The notes below the pieces were generated by a model. That model ran no database searches and was not told the DNA's origin. It worked only from the letters and a program-made list of their open reading frames with translations. Shown piece after piece: positions 1 through 17,480 of a DNA stretch of 64,000 nucleotides (position 1 is the first letter of the stretch; each line of letters starts with the position of its first letter). The DNA is from the human T2T-CHM13v2.0 reference genome, Homo sapiens. The translations under genes were made by a program, and so were the position numbers. The stretch lies in NCBI RefSeq assembly GCF_009914755.1, contig NC_060926.1, one strand, 5' to 3'.

Positions 1-689
1 TGACATGTTCTATGTTGGTCTACCAATTGGGAACCAAAAGACAGAGGAGAAAATACTAGCTCTAGTTGAACCACATACAGTTACAAGATCATTGAACACT
101 GATTAAATGTAATTTTACATTTAAAGTAAATTGATCTTAAATTGATCTTTTGTTAACATTTATTCAAATCATTTATTTTTATTTATGTATTTATTTGTGT
201 GATTCTTTGTTCCTTTGTTCATTTGGCAAGTGCCATTGTTGGTTGTAGTCTCAAAAAGATCCCAGACAAGTAAGGGGAATGTACATAATCAACAGGTAAA
301 AATGATCAGAGTCAGAAGAGGAGGGAGAGGTTGATTCAAACTGAGAATTTGAACAATTTCAAAAAGCAAATGGTGTTTAAGCTGAGCAGAGTCACAATGT
401 CAGGGAAGCTGGCTCTATATAGGGAAGGGCAATTGGTGTGGTTTTACTAGAATAAAGGAGAGGCTGCAGACCTAGGATGGATAGTAATAGGGGTCTCCAT
501 TAAGTGGGATAGTAGTGTTGTCCTTCATTTGCATGGAATCATTTGGGGTCATGACAATGGTGGAACAGAAAATAAACACACGTGAGTTAGTGGGTGGAAG
601 TTGTGTTGAGATAGTCTGCTGTGTTGTGAGGAGGGGAATGAGAGTGGTGAAGATGTGAGCAATACATGAGAAAGGATAATTAGTGTTAT

Positions 690-990
<301 letters not shown>

Positions 991-1394
991 TAATTAGTGT
1001 TATACAATAATATAGGGATGTATGGATGTAACCAGGTTGTATTTTCATATAAACTTCTGGCCTGTGATGCACATCATTTAAGAAATAAGTTAGGCAATGT
1101 GAAAAGGAACATTGGCCTAGGGTAGGGGCATCTACATATGTCAAGGAAAGGCTAGCCTAATATGATAAGAATAAACAATTGGAAAATAAACTACTTTAAA
1201 TGTTTTCTTGCTTCTGCAGAAGAAGTCCCTCTGTACCATCAGAGGCAAGATACTAAGTGTTATGCTTGATTCTCAGATAAGCCGATGATTATAGCTTGAC
1301 TCTGTGCTGTTTCATGTAGTTCCTAAAATGACCAAAGACCTAGGCTACTTTGTGTGAAAATTCAATGATATTTAATGTAACTTGGGGATGAGAC

Positions 1395-1615
1395 CTGAGC
1401 CCTGAAGCTAAATTGGCTGGTTTGAATCTTGGCTCTCGCAAATGCTAAATAGGTAATATTCAGAAGCCTATTTATTTTTTCCTGGTGTCCTCTTCTGTAA
1501 TGAGACTAAAAACAATATCTAGTTTATTGATAGGATTAAACGAATTAATAAAACTAATGCAAAAAAGGAATTACAAGTGTCCTTGGGTGTAGAAAAATCT
1601 CAATAAATGTGACTG
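1395..1615 (+). mobile_element. MIR SINE relic
   Basis: Resembles the MIR core: ggtttgaatcttggctct...tctgtaatgag...ggattaaacgaattaata...ctcaataaatg. Boundaries approximate. Confidence 0.55.
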
Positions 1616-1669
1616 TGATAGAAAGCAATTTTATTGTGAATAAAATGAACTATGATTGACCTTTTGAGA

Positions 1670-3500
1670 ATAGATACTTTGGGGCAAAGAGAGGGAGCAT
1701 GGAGATCCATTAGTAATAATCCAGGCAAGAGATACTGGTAGAATGGAGTGGTGAGAAGTATTCAGATGTTGAGTATATTTAAAGGTAAAATTGAGAGTGA
1801 AAACAGGAAGTGAAAAAAAGGGGTGGTCAAAAAAATTCAATTATTTTGGTCTGGACAGTGAGTATATTTTCTTTTAAAGAGATAGAAAAGACTATAGTAC
1901 AGATTGAGCATCTCTAATTGGGAAGTCTGAAATGTGAAATATTCCAATATCCAACAGTTTTGAGTGCCAACATGATGCCACGAGTGGAAAATTTCACACC
2001 TGACCTCCCGTAATGAGGGCAGAAGATTAGTAAAAAATACACATAAAATTACCTTCAGGCTTTGTGTATAAAGTGTATATGAAACAAGAATTTTGTATTT
2101 AGACTTCTGTTCAATCCCCAAGATACCTCATTATACAGATGGACATATTCTAAAATTCGAAAAAATCTGAAATCCAAAATACTTCTGGTCTCAAGTATTT
2201 CAGATAAGGGATATCCAACTTGTTGAAAAATCTTGGGGTAAAAACAAATCAGTTTAAATTAGAGTGATAACAAGCTGTCAAATAGACAATTAGGTATAAA
2301 AACCTGGAATTCAGAAAATAGGTTAAGCAGGATATGTAAATTTACAGTCATTAGTATTTGGATGATGTTTAAAAAAACACGCAATTGGGTGAATTTGCCG
2401 AGGCAGTAGGTCTCAATTTTGGTTGCATGTGTGAAACATCTGAAAAATTTAAATAATATAGATACCCCAACACAGGCTAGAGGAATGAAAATCTTTGTAG
2501 ACGATGTTTTAAGAAGGATGAAATGATTAACTGCTGAAAGTAGATGTAAAATAAGAATTGAGATTTGATCATTATATATGGCAACATGGAGGACATTAAA
2601 TAAAATCAATTAACTTGACTTTCATAAAAGATATTTTAGCAGAACAGCAAAGACAAAAACCTGACAGAGGTGGGATCAAAGAAAAAATATAAATAGAAGA
2701 ATTGTGGACAACAACTATATTTTCAAGTAATGCTTCTGTTAAAAAAGAGGAGAGAGTAGTAAAATAAGGTTATTACAAAAAAGAGATGTGGGCACAAGTG
2801 AAGGTTTTTTCCAGAAAGAACTTGGCAGACAGGAAAATAGTCATAAAGCAGGAGAAAAAGGGGACAGTTGTGGGAGATGTGTTCATAAGTAGCCAAGAGG
2901 GAGGGGTCAGGACTTGAGATGGAGAGCATAGGATTAGATGTAGCCTGGGGTTCCTAGTAACAAGAAGAAAGACAAGTACATGGGCATAGGAGAAAGAAGC
3001 TGGGGGGATGTGCTAGTTAGTGTGAGTTTGCGGCAGCTCTCTTTAGATGGTTTCTATTCATATAAATGAAATATAAAGCAAGTTTCTCAGCTGAGGGTAA
3101 AGTTAGGGAGAAAGCATTGGAGGTTTCATGAGAAGGAGAAGGTGTGACATAGACATCTAGGGGAGTGGGAGAGTCAATGGATTAGGGAACTACATAGAAA
3201 GCCTTAGTAAGTGCCCATTTGAAATTAGTGATAGAACTGAAATGAGGCCAGCCAATATAATTATGAGTTTTTCTTCAGTTGCATTCGCCTATGGGATGTC
3301 AATTCAGGAGAGATGGAGAATTGGATTTAACTATGGTTATGATTTGCTAAGAAGTGCAAAAGAGGGGAAGAGAGAGGAAGGGAGCTGAGGGTGTACACAG
3401 GGAATGGTTATAATAATGGACCATGCAATCAAAGCTGAGGGAGGAAGAAAGATAAAATCTTTACAATAAGAGAAAGGTGAAGAATGGGTAAATAATTGTT
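1670..3500. mobile_element. Degraded L2 LINE, interrupted by DNA transposons
   Basis: Purine-rich L2-like motifs (gtaataatccaggcaagaga, tttggtctggaca, aatttacagtcattagtat, ggcaacatggaggacatt). Boundaries approximate. Confidence 0.55.
1900..2222. mobile_element. Tigger4/MER46-type (TcMar) DNA transposon relic
   Basis: Terminal inverted repeats cagattgagcatc...gggatatccaacttg with TA on the left. Internal ccaacatgatgcc...gtggaaaatttcacacctgacctc is typical of Tigger4. Confidence 0.75.
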
Positions 3501-3623
3501 GGAGTGACAGAGACTGAACCTGAAAAATAGAGGATGGCTAAAATTAAGATAATGGAAGGAGTGGATACAGGAAATCAGAAGATTAACATAAACATCAAAG
3601 CTGGCTTCTGGGTGCTGCTTTTA

Positions 3624-3821
<198 letters not shown>

Positions 3822-4838
3822 TTATTCAACCAAAATAGTTTATTTTCAAGGAATTTTCATGGGATAAAAGTTGAGAAGCCAGGTTTCTGGTCAAGGTCTG
3901 TCCATGATTTACTCTGTGACTTTAGGCAGTAACAAGACTTCTTTGGGTCTCAGTTTTTCATATGTTCAAGGAAATCTAGGTTAGAAGATATCCAAGTTTC
4001 AATTCAGTAAAATAATCAAAGATCATTTTATGAATAATTAATTATACTTGCATGCATATATTGTTTGCTTAAAGTACTTCTTATTTTTACTTCTGTTCTC
4101 ATATCAATTTGGCCCTTTCAATTATTTTTATTCTACTCATATGTGATAATACAGATTATATTTTCATTAGAACCTAAAATACAATTTCACATTGTTCAAA
4201 CATCATCTACCAACCACTGCTGAATCTACATAAAACATTAGATTACACATGTTATAAATAAATCTTGTAATAAGTTTAAAGTAGACATGTAATTTATAAT
4301 AATTAAATTTAGTAACATTACTCTATTTGACTTAAATACACATACTGTGGTTAGTACATAAGTGCTAAATCTAATTTTGTCTAATTTTGATATTGTTATT
4401 CACAAGAGTGGACTGTACTTGAAGTCTAGTAAATAACAGGATGACTTAGAAGTTTAACATGAACAGCACATAAGACCAAATATGACAGATCATCTTTGAC
4501 TATTTTTCTTTATTTACTCTGTGGGGACTAACATCAGGATGAAAGGTCAACAATCCTGTATGGTGTTTTGAACATAACACAGTTAACTCTTGTATATTAG
4601 GAATAAGTTTCTCTAACTGCTCAGACTGTCAAGGCCTGAGTACAAAATGAAATATGGAACTAGCTCTGTAGGAGAAGAGAAGGAGAAAGAAAACAAAATG
4701 AATGGATATCATTTAAATGGTAAAATAATAAATTTCAAAGTTTGCAAAAATGTAAAGAAACAACATGAAAGAGTATGAGAGAGACTTAGTTATAGATTTC
4801 AGTTAAGACTCAGACAATATCACTCAGTTGACTAGCAG

Positions 4839-4919
4839 TAGAGAATATTCAAGCCATCTTTCTCTTGTCTTTGTAGACCTAGAGAATATTCATGCCATTT
4901 CTCTGTCATCTTTGTAGAC
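4839..4919. repeat. 41-bp diverged tandem duplication
   Basis: tagagaatattca-gccat...tctttgtagac occurs twice with period 41. Confidence 0.85.
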
Positions 4920-6971
4920 ACAGAAGTGTAATTAAACTGATTAGAGAAATGCATGAGTGTAAATCTTACTAAGACTTAAGTGTGAAAATGATATAATTTT
5001 CTCTATCACTATAGATTCTACATTGAAGAAGTCTAAATCTTTTGAGAAACATTCCTCAGTGAATACAATGCTTACAAATAAAATTCATATACATTTTTAA
5101 GAAAATGAGTGAATTGAGGGTCCATAACTTATTAACTTTACTTTGAAAGGACTCTACATGCTCAAAAATGCTAGAGACTGATGCTCTAAATGAACAAAGT
5201 AATATACATTTTTATGGTGAGTAATATTTCTCTAAAACTTAGCATTTATGAATGTTATTAGTTTGGTGGCAGATAAATGCCTATTAATGGCCTGAGAAAC
5301 AAGGTAAATTTTATATACGTTAAACGCTGAGTAATCTCATATTTTTTTGTTGCCAAAAAATGTTCACTAACTTTTAGTAGATATTTTCCTTAAAATGGCA
5401 ATGCAATTTTCTAGTTGTTGTTGATATAGAAACACAGTATCTTCACTGGCACCTTAGTAGGTGAAAAACAAAGCTACAGGACAACAAAACAAATAATGGT
5501 AGTAAATGAAGAGGTTAATAATTGTTGGAACGTGATTAATGAAAAAAACAAGAGCCCAAAACAACAGAAGTAATTCTTCAATTACAGTCAATGGATACCT
5601 TACAGAGATATAGAACAAGTAAATAGCAATAAAAATTACCATGAGCAAAACAATGAAATAAACAGTGCGTAAAGTACAAAAACAAAGTACATTAGAACAA
5701 TCTGAAAAGGTGCCACACAAACATATAATGTGATCACTGTGGATTCATTGTTTCCTATATGTGTTTTTCTTTTTTTTTGTTTACATTAGGGTTGGAAAAA
5801 GAAGTAAAATGATACAAGTGTGAAAGAAACAAACGGTACCTGCTGAGGTACTTGAAAATTCTTCTATCCCCATCACTCAAAGAAATGACACTGAGCTTTC
5901 ATGGTTTTGTCTCATTTACAGCTGTTTTGAAACTACAGCAGAGTGACTAGGTTGTCCACAGCTAGCATATGTCTTAGATCATTCAGAGTGCAGCTGAATT
6001 ATTTTAAAAGTTCTTATTTCTCTTTCTTTGAAGAGCAGATTTCTTTCTGACAAGTAGAAATCTTCATATTCAGGGGAATATTACCTAACAGAAATTATTT
6101 GGTGATACAGCTGATCTTTTGTTTTCTGATGGGAAATGAACTTTCTGTTGCAGAACTGTATAATGGGCCCTATTTGCTGTTTTCAAGAATCTCTCTAGGT
6201 GCACCCTAAGACGTTGGATTGGATTCATTTACAGAGATTTTTAGGTAGCAGAATTTGATTTTAATACTTGAAAAAGAAACAGTCCTGTTACAATGATTAA
6301 GGTATAGATTTATAGCAGCGATGCATCCAGGGAGCTGGGGAGTTGACAGCCTACAAGGGTAGCACAATATGAAAGAACATCAGTTGACATTAGGAAAGAA
6401 GGGGAGGCTCCATACCTTATGTTTCTGGGCTCTAAATCAGTCTAGTTTTGACAGTTTCCTTAGCTCAGACACTAAGAATAAGGTTTTCAGACTGCCTAGA
6501 TTCATAGCCTATGAGTGTCAAGTACTGGTTGTAGGACCATGGGGAAATATGTGTTTGTATCCCTGTCTATAAAATCAACATAATAATACTGCCTACCTCA
6601 TGGAGTTGTTTGGGAGAATCATGTAGAATAAATTAGATAACACATGTGAAGCATTTCTAGCTGTACCAGTCACATAGAAAGCACAGAGTTATATTTTAGC
6701 TCTGATTATTATTATCGTTATTGTTATTATTTCTATTGAGTGAGATTCACCTTTTTTAGGTAGGACTTATTCTGTGGTTATGTCTACCAAGGTACTTAAC
6801 AGTTTAAGCAAATCATTCTGAAACTTTTATTAAATTTTATGTTTTATCTCTATTATTTATTTAAGATAAAATTAAATTTGAATTTACTTTTATGGTAGTG
6901 ATGGGCTAGAGCTGAAATTCTCCATCAACTTTACTCTCAGGGTCTAACATTTTTAGACTTTGAAGAATGAG

Positions 6972-7327
6972 TCTTTCTTCCCCCTTTAGCTTCTAAATAT
7001 GCTCGATTCTACCTTTCTAAAGGAAAGAACACACATACTACAACAGCAAACAAACCAAAAAGCAAATCTAATATCTGCCAAGTCCATCTATTTGTACAGA
7101 TTTTAATTTTGGTACATCCTTGAGCTTCTTCAAAAGACAATCATACTCTCTTTCTTCCCCCTTTAGCTTCTAAACATGCTCAATTCTATCTTTCCAAAGG
7201 AAAGAACAAACATGCTACAACAGCAAACAAATCAAAGAGAAAATCTAATATCTTCCGAGTCTGTCTATTTGTACAAATTTTAATTTTGGTACATCCTTGA
7301 GCTTCTTCAAAAGGCAGTTATACTCTC
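6972..7327. repeat. ~177-bp tandem duplication, about 90% identity
   Basis: Copies start at 6972 and 7149 (tctttcttccccctttagcttctaaa...ttcttcaaaag...atactctc). About 17 substitutions and 1 indel by manual count. Confidence 0.95.
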
Positions 7328-7564
7328 TGCTCTCAATTTGATGAATGTGTGACAGAGTAAAATATTCAATCATAAAAATCACATTCCAATCCTTCACTGA
7401 AGGTACAGCTTTTTTTAATATAAAAAATTATGTATCTTAATATATTACTTTCTTTATGCTCTCAGAAAACAGGCCAGAATGCTCAATGTGAATGTATTCC
7501 TCATATAAACTGATTTTAATTATTTGGTGGTAAGAAAGGTTTAAGAATAATGTGTAGTGTTGCT

Positions 7565-7762
7565 TATATATATATACACATATATGTATATTTTCTGTAG
7601 TTTATAAATATTCTGTACTTTACATATATAAAGTACAGAAAAAATCAAAGTGCATTAGAATATGTATACTAATATATGAATATATATGCAATAGTGTGCA
7701 TGTATGTGTATGTGTGTGTATATATACACATATACATATATATACATATATACATATACACA
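7565..7762. repeat. (TA)/(TG)/(CA) low-complexity microsatellite region
   Basis: Runs such as tatatatacacatatatg and tatacatatatacatata. Confidence 0.8.
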
Positions 7763-8323
7763 TACCCTATTTCAAAACTCACCTCTAATCACTTCCTCAC
7801 TGAATCCATTAATTACTTCTCAACCATTATCTTCTTCAAATTTTCTCTTTGATTACACAATGTTGGCTAATATCTCTAGCTGGAAGATCTTTCTCCAGTG
7901 GCTTCCGAAACACTAGCTTTATTGATTTCTCTTTTGTTTTCTGCCTGCCTTTTTGTACAATTGTCTTTATGTTTTCTCTTTCTCTCAAAAAGTGTTCTTC
8001 CAAACTTCTTTCTGGTGATATTACCCAATTTTATGGCTTAAATATTTATCTTTCTGTCTAAATGCCTCTGTCCCAATTTTCTGATTCTGGGCTCCTTCTT
8101 CTTCCTAAACTTCAGACCTTCAATTTTACTCCTTGTATGTTTCCATGTTGATGTCTCTGGACAGTTGGTAAGTTCATCGACTCTTCCCACTCCCTAAAAG
8201 AGTAAACTTTGTCCTCCATGGCATACATACTTTCACTAGACTATAGCTGCTTTTAGTGTTAGGTCTACTTCATATTCAAGTTGCACTCTGTTAGTTAGCA
8301 AAGTGCTTTGCTAGATAATTACT

Positions 8324-8832
8324 ATGATGGTTCATTTCATGTGTCAACTAGCCTGGGCAAAGGGATGCCAAAGTAGCTGGTAAAATATTACTTCTGAGTG
8401 TGTCTGTAGAGGTGGTTGTGGAGGAGATTGGCATTGGAATCAGCAGACCAAGTAAGAAAGATATTTCCTCACCAGTGTGGGTGGGTATCATCCAATTAAT
8501 TGAAGGCCCAAATAGAATAAAGGTGAAGGAAAGGTGAATTCTCTTTCTTGATCTGGGACATCCATCTTCTCCTGGCTGAGGACATCAGAGCTCCTGGTTC
8601 TTGAGCATTCAGACTCAAAGACTTACACCTGAATTGCTTCCTCCTCCCACCCAGTTGCTCAGGTCATTGCCCTTAGACTGAGAGTTACACAATTGGCTCC
8701 CTTAGTTCTCCGATTTTTAGATTTGGACTGAATCACATGACTGCCTTTGCTGGTCCTTGAGTGTGCAGACAGTATACCATTGAACTCCTCAGGCTCCATA
8801 AGCACATGTACCAATTCCAATTATAAATCTCC

Positions 8833-8875
<43 letters not shown>

Positions 8876-8905
8876 ACATACACACACACATATATATCGG
8901 TTCTT
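8324..8905 (+). mobile_element. MLT2-type (ERVL) solo LTR with internal (TA)n
   Basis: Begins tgatggttcatttcatgtgtcaactagcctgggc...gggatgcc...ctggtaaaatattacttctgagtgtgtctgt. Ends ataaatctcc(TA)n...ggttct, as in MLT2. Confidence 0.8.
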
Positions 8906-8942
8906 TTTCTTTGTATGATACAAATATATATGCATAAAATAA

Positions 8943-9367
<425 letters not shown>

Positions 9368-9487
9368 CATAATAATAAACTCTTACAATTTAACTTGATA
9401 GCAAATAATAGCTAATGTCAAATATGGTGAAGATGTAATTAAAATCACTAATCTTCTATAAAAAATATTATTTTTTAATAAAAAATC

Positions 9488-12766
<3,279 letters not shown>

Positions 12767-15700
12767 TTATTAAGGTCTATATTTTATTTAAATATTGTAT
12801 TGCTTATAAGAAAAATGGAAATGTCTTGGAATCTCATAGAGTTTTTTAAATTTCACTTATATCACATGTCCCTTACATAGCAAAATCTGTCTCAGTAAAA
12901 ATGGCTGAATATAAAATATTTCACCACTAATATTTAAAGGAACAATATCAATTTGGTGCAGTGTTAAATAATTTGTTTTTGGTATTAGAGAGAACTTGGA
13001 ATAAAGTCACGTTTGATATTTAAATTGTGTAACTTTAGAAAACATAGATTTCCTCCCTACATCACATTCTGTAAACAGCAATAGCAAAACCTATTGTGTA
13101 CAGGTAAAACACATGGCACAATGCCTGCCACATAGCCAGTCCACAGTAACTGGAAGTTTTACTATTAGTAGAAATATTGGCATTATTACTACTATTAATA
13201 TTACTATTGTTAAACAAATTATCTATGCTTAGGCTATTAAACTTGACTGAGTATATGCCCTTGCTAAGAAGCTTCATATAAAATCCTATTGCTCATTTTT
13301 TTCTTGATTTTATACTTTTGGACATAAGATGCTCCTAAGAATTCATATATATCAGTTGAAATAATATATTTTTAAGTATATAACAATAGAATATTTTCTA
13401 TTATATGGATAAATAACTGCATGGATATTGTAAAGATTTATCCTTAGTTCCCATTAAAGGAGCATTAAATTTATATGATTTGGTTACATTGTACCTCCAG
13501 TAAATGGACCTATTTAACTGTGTGTCACCTTCAGTAATATAGTCATAGTCAGCTATTTCTTTGATATGGGCAGATAGTGTTGATTTTCAGTGATAATAAG
13601 TAATGTATTAGAGCACTTAATTTGGAATAATCAAAGTTCTCAGATTCTGGTCTTAATACTTAACCAATCTAGATCACATCTGAAAAATGCCACAATGTAA
13701 ACATCATAGAGTAATAAAAATTAAGTAACATATCTAAGGACTTTAGCAGAATTCTTATTTATAGAGCATTCACAATATAGCAATTGCTACATTAAAGATA
13801 ATAATTTCCAAAATAGTATACTATGCTCAATATAGAAATTACTACCTATTTGCTAATAATTTTAGAGTAAAATTTGTTGGGATACTTATTGTCAAGTAAT
13901 ATATCAATCACTATTGACACCCATTTTCTCAAAAGCAATATACTTTCATTTGAATATTGTAGAGGTATTTGATGTTGATATTTTTCAATAACTTACTGCA
14001 AACCTGGTGAGTGTCTGTCTTTAAAAGCTAGATTTATTTGATAAACTGTTCTTAAACTGATTATGGAAACATTATTTATTGATATAATTTAATGACTATT
14101 TAATGTCAAAGTATGTAAAAAACCCTCTCTAATATTGGACAGTTATGTTATGATTTATTTTCCTCTATCTACACAACGCTTGAACAAGTATGGCTGATTG
14201 CCAAAAAGGAATGCTAGCAAAAGTAATTCCTTCTGAGCTTTCTGTGACATAGTGACCGATTATTATTTCTGTGCCGTAGATACATGCTACTGAGCATTAT
14301 TAGTCTGCTCTCTTTTTAAGTCAATTTTTAATTCATACTCATTTGTCTATGTGAACCATGACGCTTACCCCCATTTAGCTTGGTCCTGGTTGAGTCAGTC
14401 TGGTGCTTTCAAATTTTTGTCTTTGAGTATGATGTTTTATACCTAACTAGTTTTATGTATATCTAACTAGTTTTATGTATATACATGATTTTTTAGTTCA
14501 GTTGGTCTAATAAAAACATTGAGTGTAAGGAATAGCAGTATTTAAGTGACACTTAAACTGCAGAGCATAGTTATAAATGTTTATATTTAATGCCCTTCTA
14601 TGAAAATACTATCAAAATATGACATAATACTTACTCAAAACATTTCTACTATTTGGACAGTAGCCACATTCCTGTCCCTTTATATAGCACAGACATCATA
14701 AACTGAGACAAAGTACCACTGTGTCATCCAGTTAGTTACAGGATTGCAATAGAAAAGCCTATCTCCTGACCTCTTGTCCCTAAGACTACTGTCCTTTGTG
14801 AATCTGTCTTGACTTCAGACTTTGATTCAAGTAATAAAAGTTCTGAATGCTTTAAAAAAATGCTAGTCTTTTCAATAAGGAGATTTGACATTCTACTTTT
14901 CTACTTAATGTAATGTTTTCCTGGATTTAAAGTGAGTGTCCACTTATAAATAATTTTAGCAAGGTGACTATAGCTGTCAGGTTTTCTTAAGCATAAAAAA
15001 GATTATACAGAACTATTCAGCAAAGCCTGACAAAGAAAAAGAAGAATTGTGAGCTTTATCTAGCTCCCTCCCAGGTACTTCTTAATATATTCTGATATGC
15101 TTCAAATTATAGGTCACAATTTATTTATACTTCTATATACTTCTAGAAGGTTTATTTTCAGCCAGCATTGTGGAAATAAGATTGAAGCATTTTTGTCTTT
15201 TCTGTGAATATAAGTAAGCTAACTTAAGCCTTCTAACATTAGCCCAGAGAGCCGTAAGATTGAATAGTCTGGTATTGCTCTCACCATATGGTCCAATCGA
15301 ATCACTAACTGTGACTCATGAAGCCAGCAGCAAAATTCGACAGACTCTTACCTTTATTCTCTCACAGGTATCTTATGAAGATTCAAAGGGAGAGAACAGT
15401 GTCTGGCACTTAGTAAGCAACCAGTAAAAATAATTATCATGATCCTGACAATATTTTAATTTCTAATAATAGTTTCTAATATAATTATTGTTGCTATTTT
15501 AATTTTCAATGAAAACAATAATACATGTTAATAGTGGCATATCTGGAAAATACAAAAGTATAAAGAAAGATCTATTTCTTTATACAGATATTTTATGTAT
15601 ACATAATTTCCCTACTAGGCTCATATTATACAGCAGTTGTATATCCTGTTCTTTTTGAATTTCAATTTTATCTCCAATTTCGTAATACTACAAATAACAC

Positions 15701-16104
15701 AATCAAATGTTCTCACTTCTAAATTTTGTTTTTTTATTACTACATAATCCTTGGGACATATTTCAAAAAGTGTTCATATTTAGTCAAAGGGCATTGACAA
15801 CTTTTTAAACTCTTGCTGAGTGTTTCAAAATTGCTTGCTGCAAAGTTTGCATCATCAACATTTTCTTCTGGTAGTGATTTGTAAATGCTGGTTTCATCCA
15901 TGTCTGACTGGGCTCCTCCTCTGCTTTCTGCTCCCCAAACTCCTGCATATATGTATGAGACTTATCTTTTGCCACTTTCTTATTATGCTTTCTGTGTTTT
16001 TTCTACTTGCTTTGTTGGAGTTATAATTTCCTATATCACATACTTGTTAAATTATATTCTCTATTTTGTGTTTTCAATTTTAACATCATTAATTATTTAC
16101 CTGA

Positions 16105-17480
16105 AAATGATCATACTGTCTAACACAATCTACAGATTCAATGCAATTTCTATCAAAATACCAATGCCATTTTTCCCAGAATTAGAAAAAGCAATCCTAA
16201 AATTCATACGGAACCAAAAAAAAAAAAAAGGCCTGAATAGCCAAAGTAATTATAAGCAAAAAGAAACAGGAGGCATTACATTACCTGACTTCAAATTATA
16301 CCACAAGTCTATAATAACCAAAAGAGCATGGTTCTGGTATAAAAATAGATACATGGATCAATGGAACAGACTAGAGAACCCAGGAATAAAGCTACATGCT
16401 TATGGCCAACTGATCTTTGACAAAATTAACAGAAATATACAATGTGGAAAGGACATCCTATTCAATAAATGGTCCTGGGAAAATTGGATTGCCACATGCA
16501 GAAGAATGAAATTAGAGCCCTAACTCTCACCATATACAAAAACAAACTCAAGTTGAATTTAAAATTTAAATGTAAGAACTGAAACTATAAAAAATGCTAG
16601 AAGAAAACCTAGGAAAAACTTTCCAGGACACTGGCCTAGGCAAAAAATTTATAACTAAAACTTCAAAAGCAAATGCATCATAAACAAAAGTAGATAAATG
16701 GGACTTAATTAGACTAAAACACTTCTGCATAGCAAAATAAATAATCACAAGAGAAATATAAATAAAAATCACAATGAAATGCCATCTTACATCAGTTAGA
16801 ATGGCTACTATTAAAAAGCCAAAAATAACAGATGGCAAGGATGTAGAGACAAGGGAACACTTATACGCTGTTGGTGGGAATGTAAATTAGTATAGCCTCT
16901 ATGGAAAACAGTATGGAGATTTCTCAGATAGCTAAAAATAAAACTACCATTTGATACAGCAATCCCACTACTGAGTATATTCACCTAATGGGAAAAAAAT
17001 ATCATTATATCAAAAACATATGGCACGTGTATGTTTATAACAGCAATATTCACAACAGGAAAAATATGCAGTCAACCTACGTGTTCAGCGAATGACTGAC
17101 TGGATAAAGAAAACGTGGCATACACACACACTATGGGATACTACTTCGCCATAGAAAAAAATAAAATCATGTTTTTTGTAGTAACATGGATGAAACTGAA
17201 GGCCATTATCTTGAGCAAAACATCTCAGAAAGTCTATTACCACCTGTTCTTACTTATAAATAGGAGCCAAATCATGTGTACACGTAGACATGTTGTGGAA
17301 TAATAGACATTGGAGAAGTGGAAGGGTGGGAGGAGGGTAAAGGATAAGAAATTACTTAATGGGTAAAATGTACACTATTCAGCTAATGGTTACACTAACA
17401 GTCCAGACTTCACCACTACACAATATATCCATGTAACAAAACTGCACTTGTATTCCCTAAATTTACACAAATAAAAAAAG
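16105..17480 (+). mobile_element. 5'-truncated L1PB-like LINE-1 (ORF2 3' end plus 3'UTR) with an internal deletion
   Basis: [12 protein letters not shown]...[11 protein letters not shown] in ORF 15885-16523. 3' end cccagacttcaccactac-like...catgtaacaaaactgcacttgta followed by an A tail. Confidence 0.9.

Noticed and set aside
15885-16523. 212-aa ORF with a hydrophobic N-terminus fused to L1-like sequence
   Set aside because: Chance read-through from T-rich sequence into an L1PB ORF2 fragment; no splice or promoter support.
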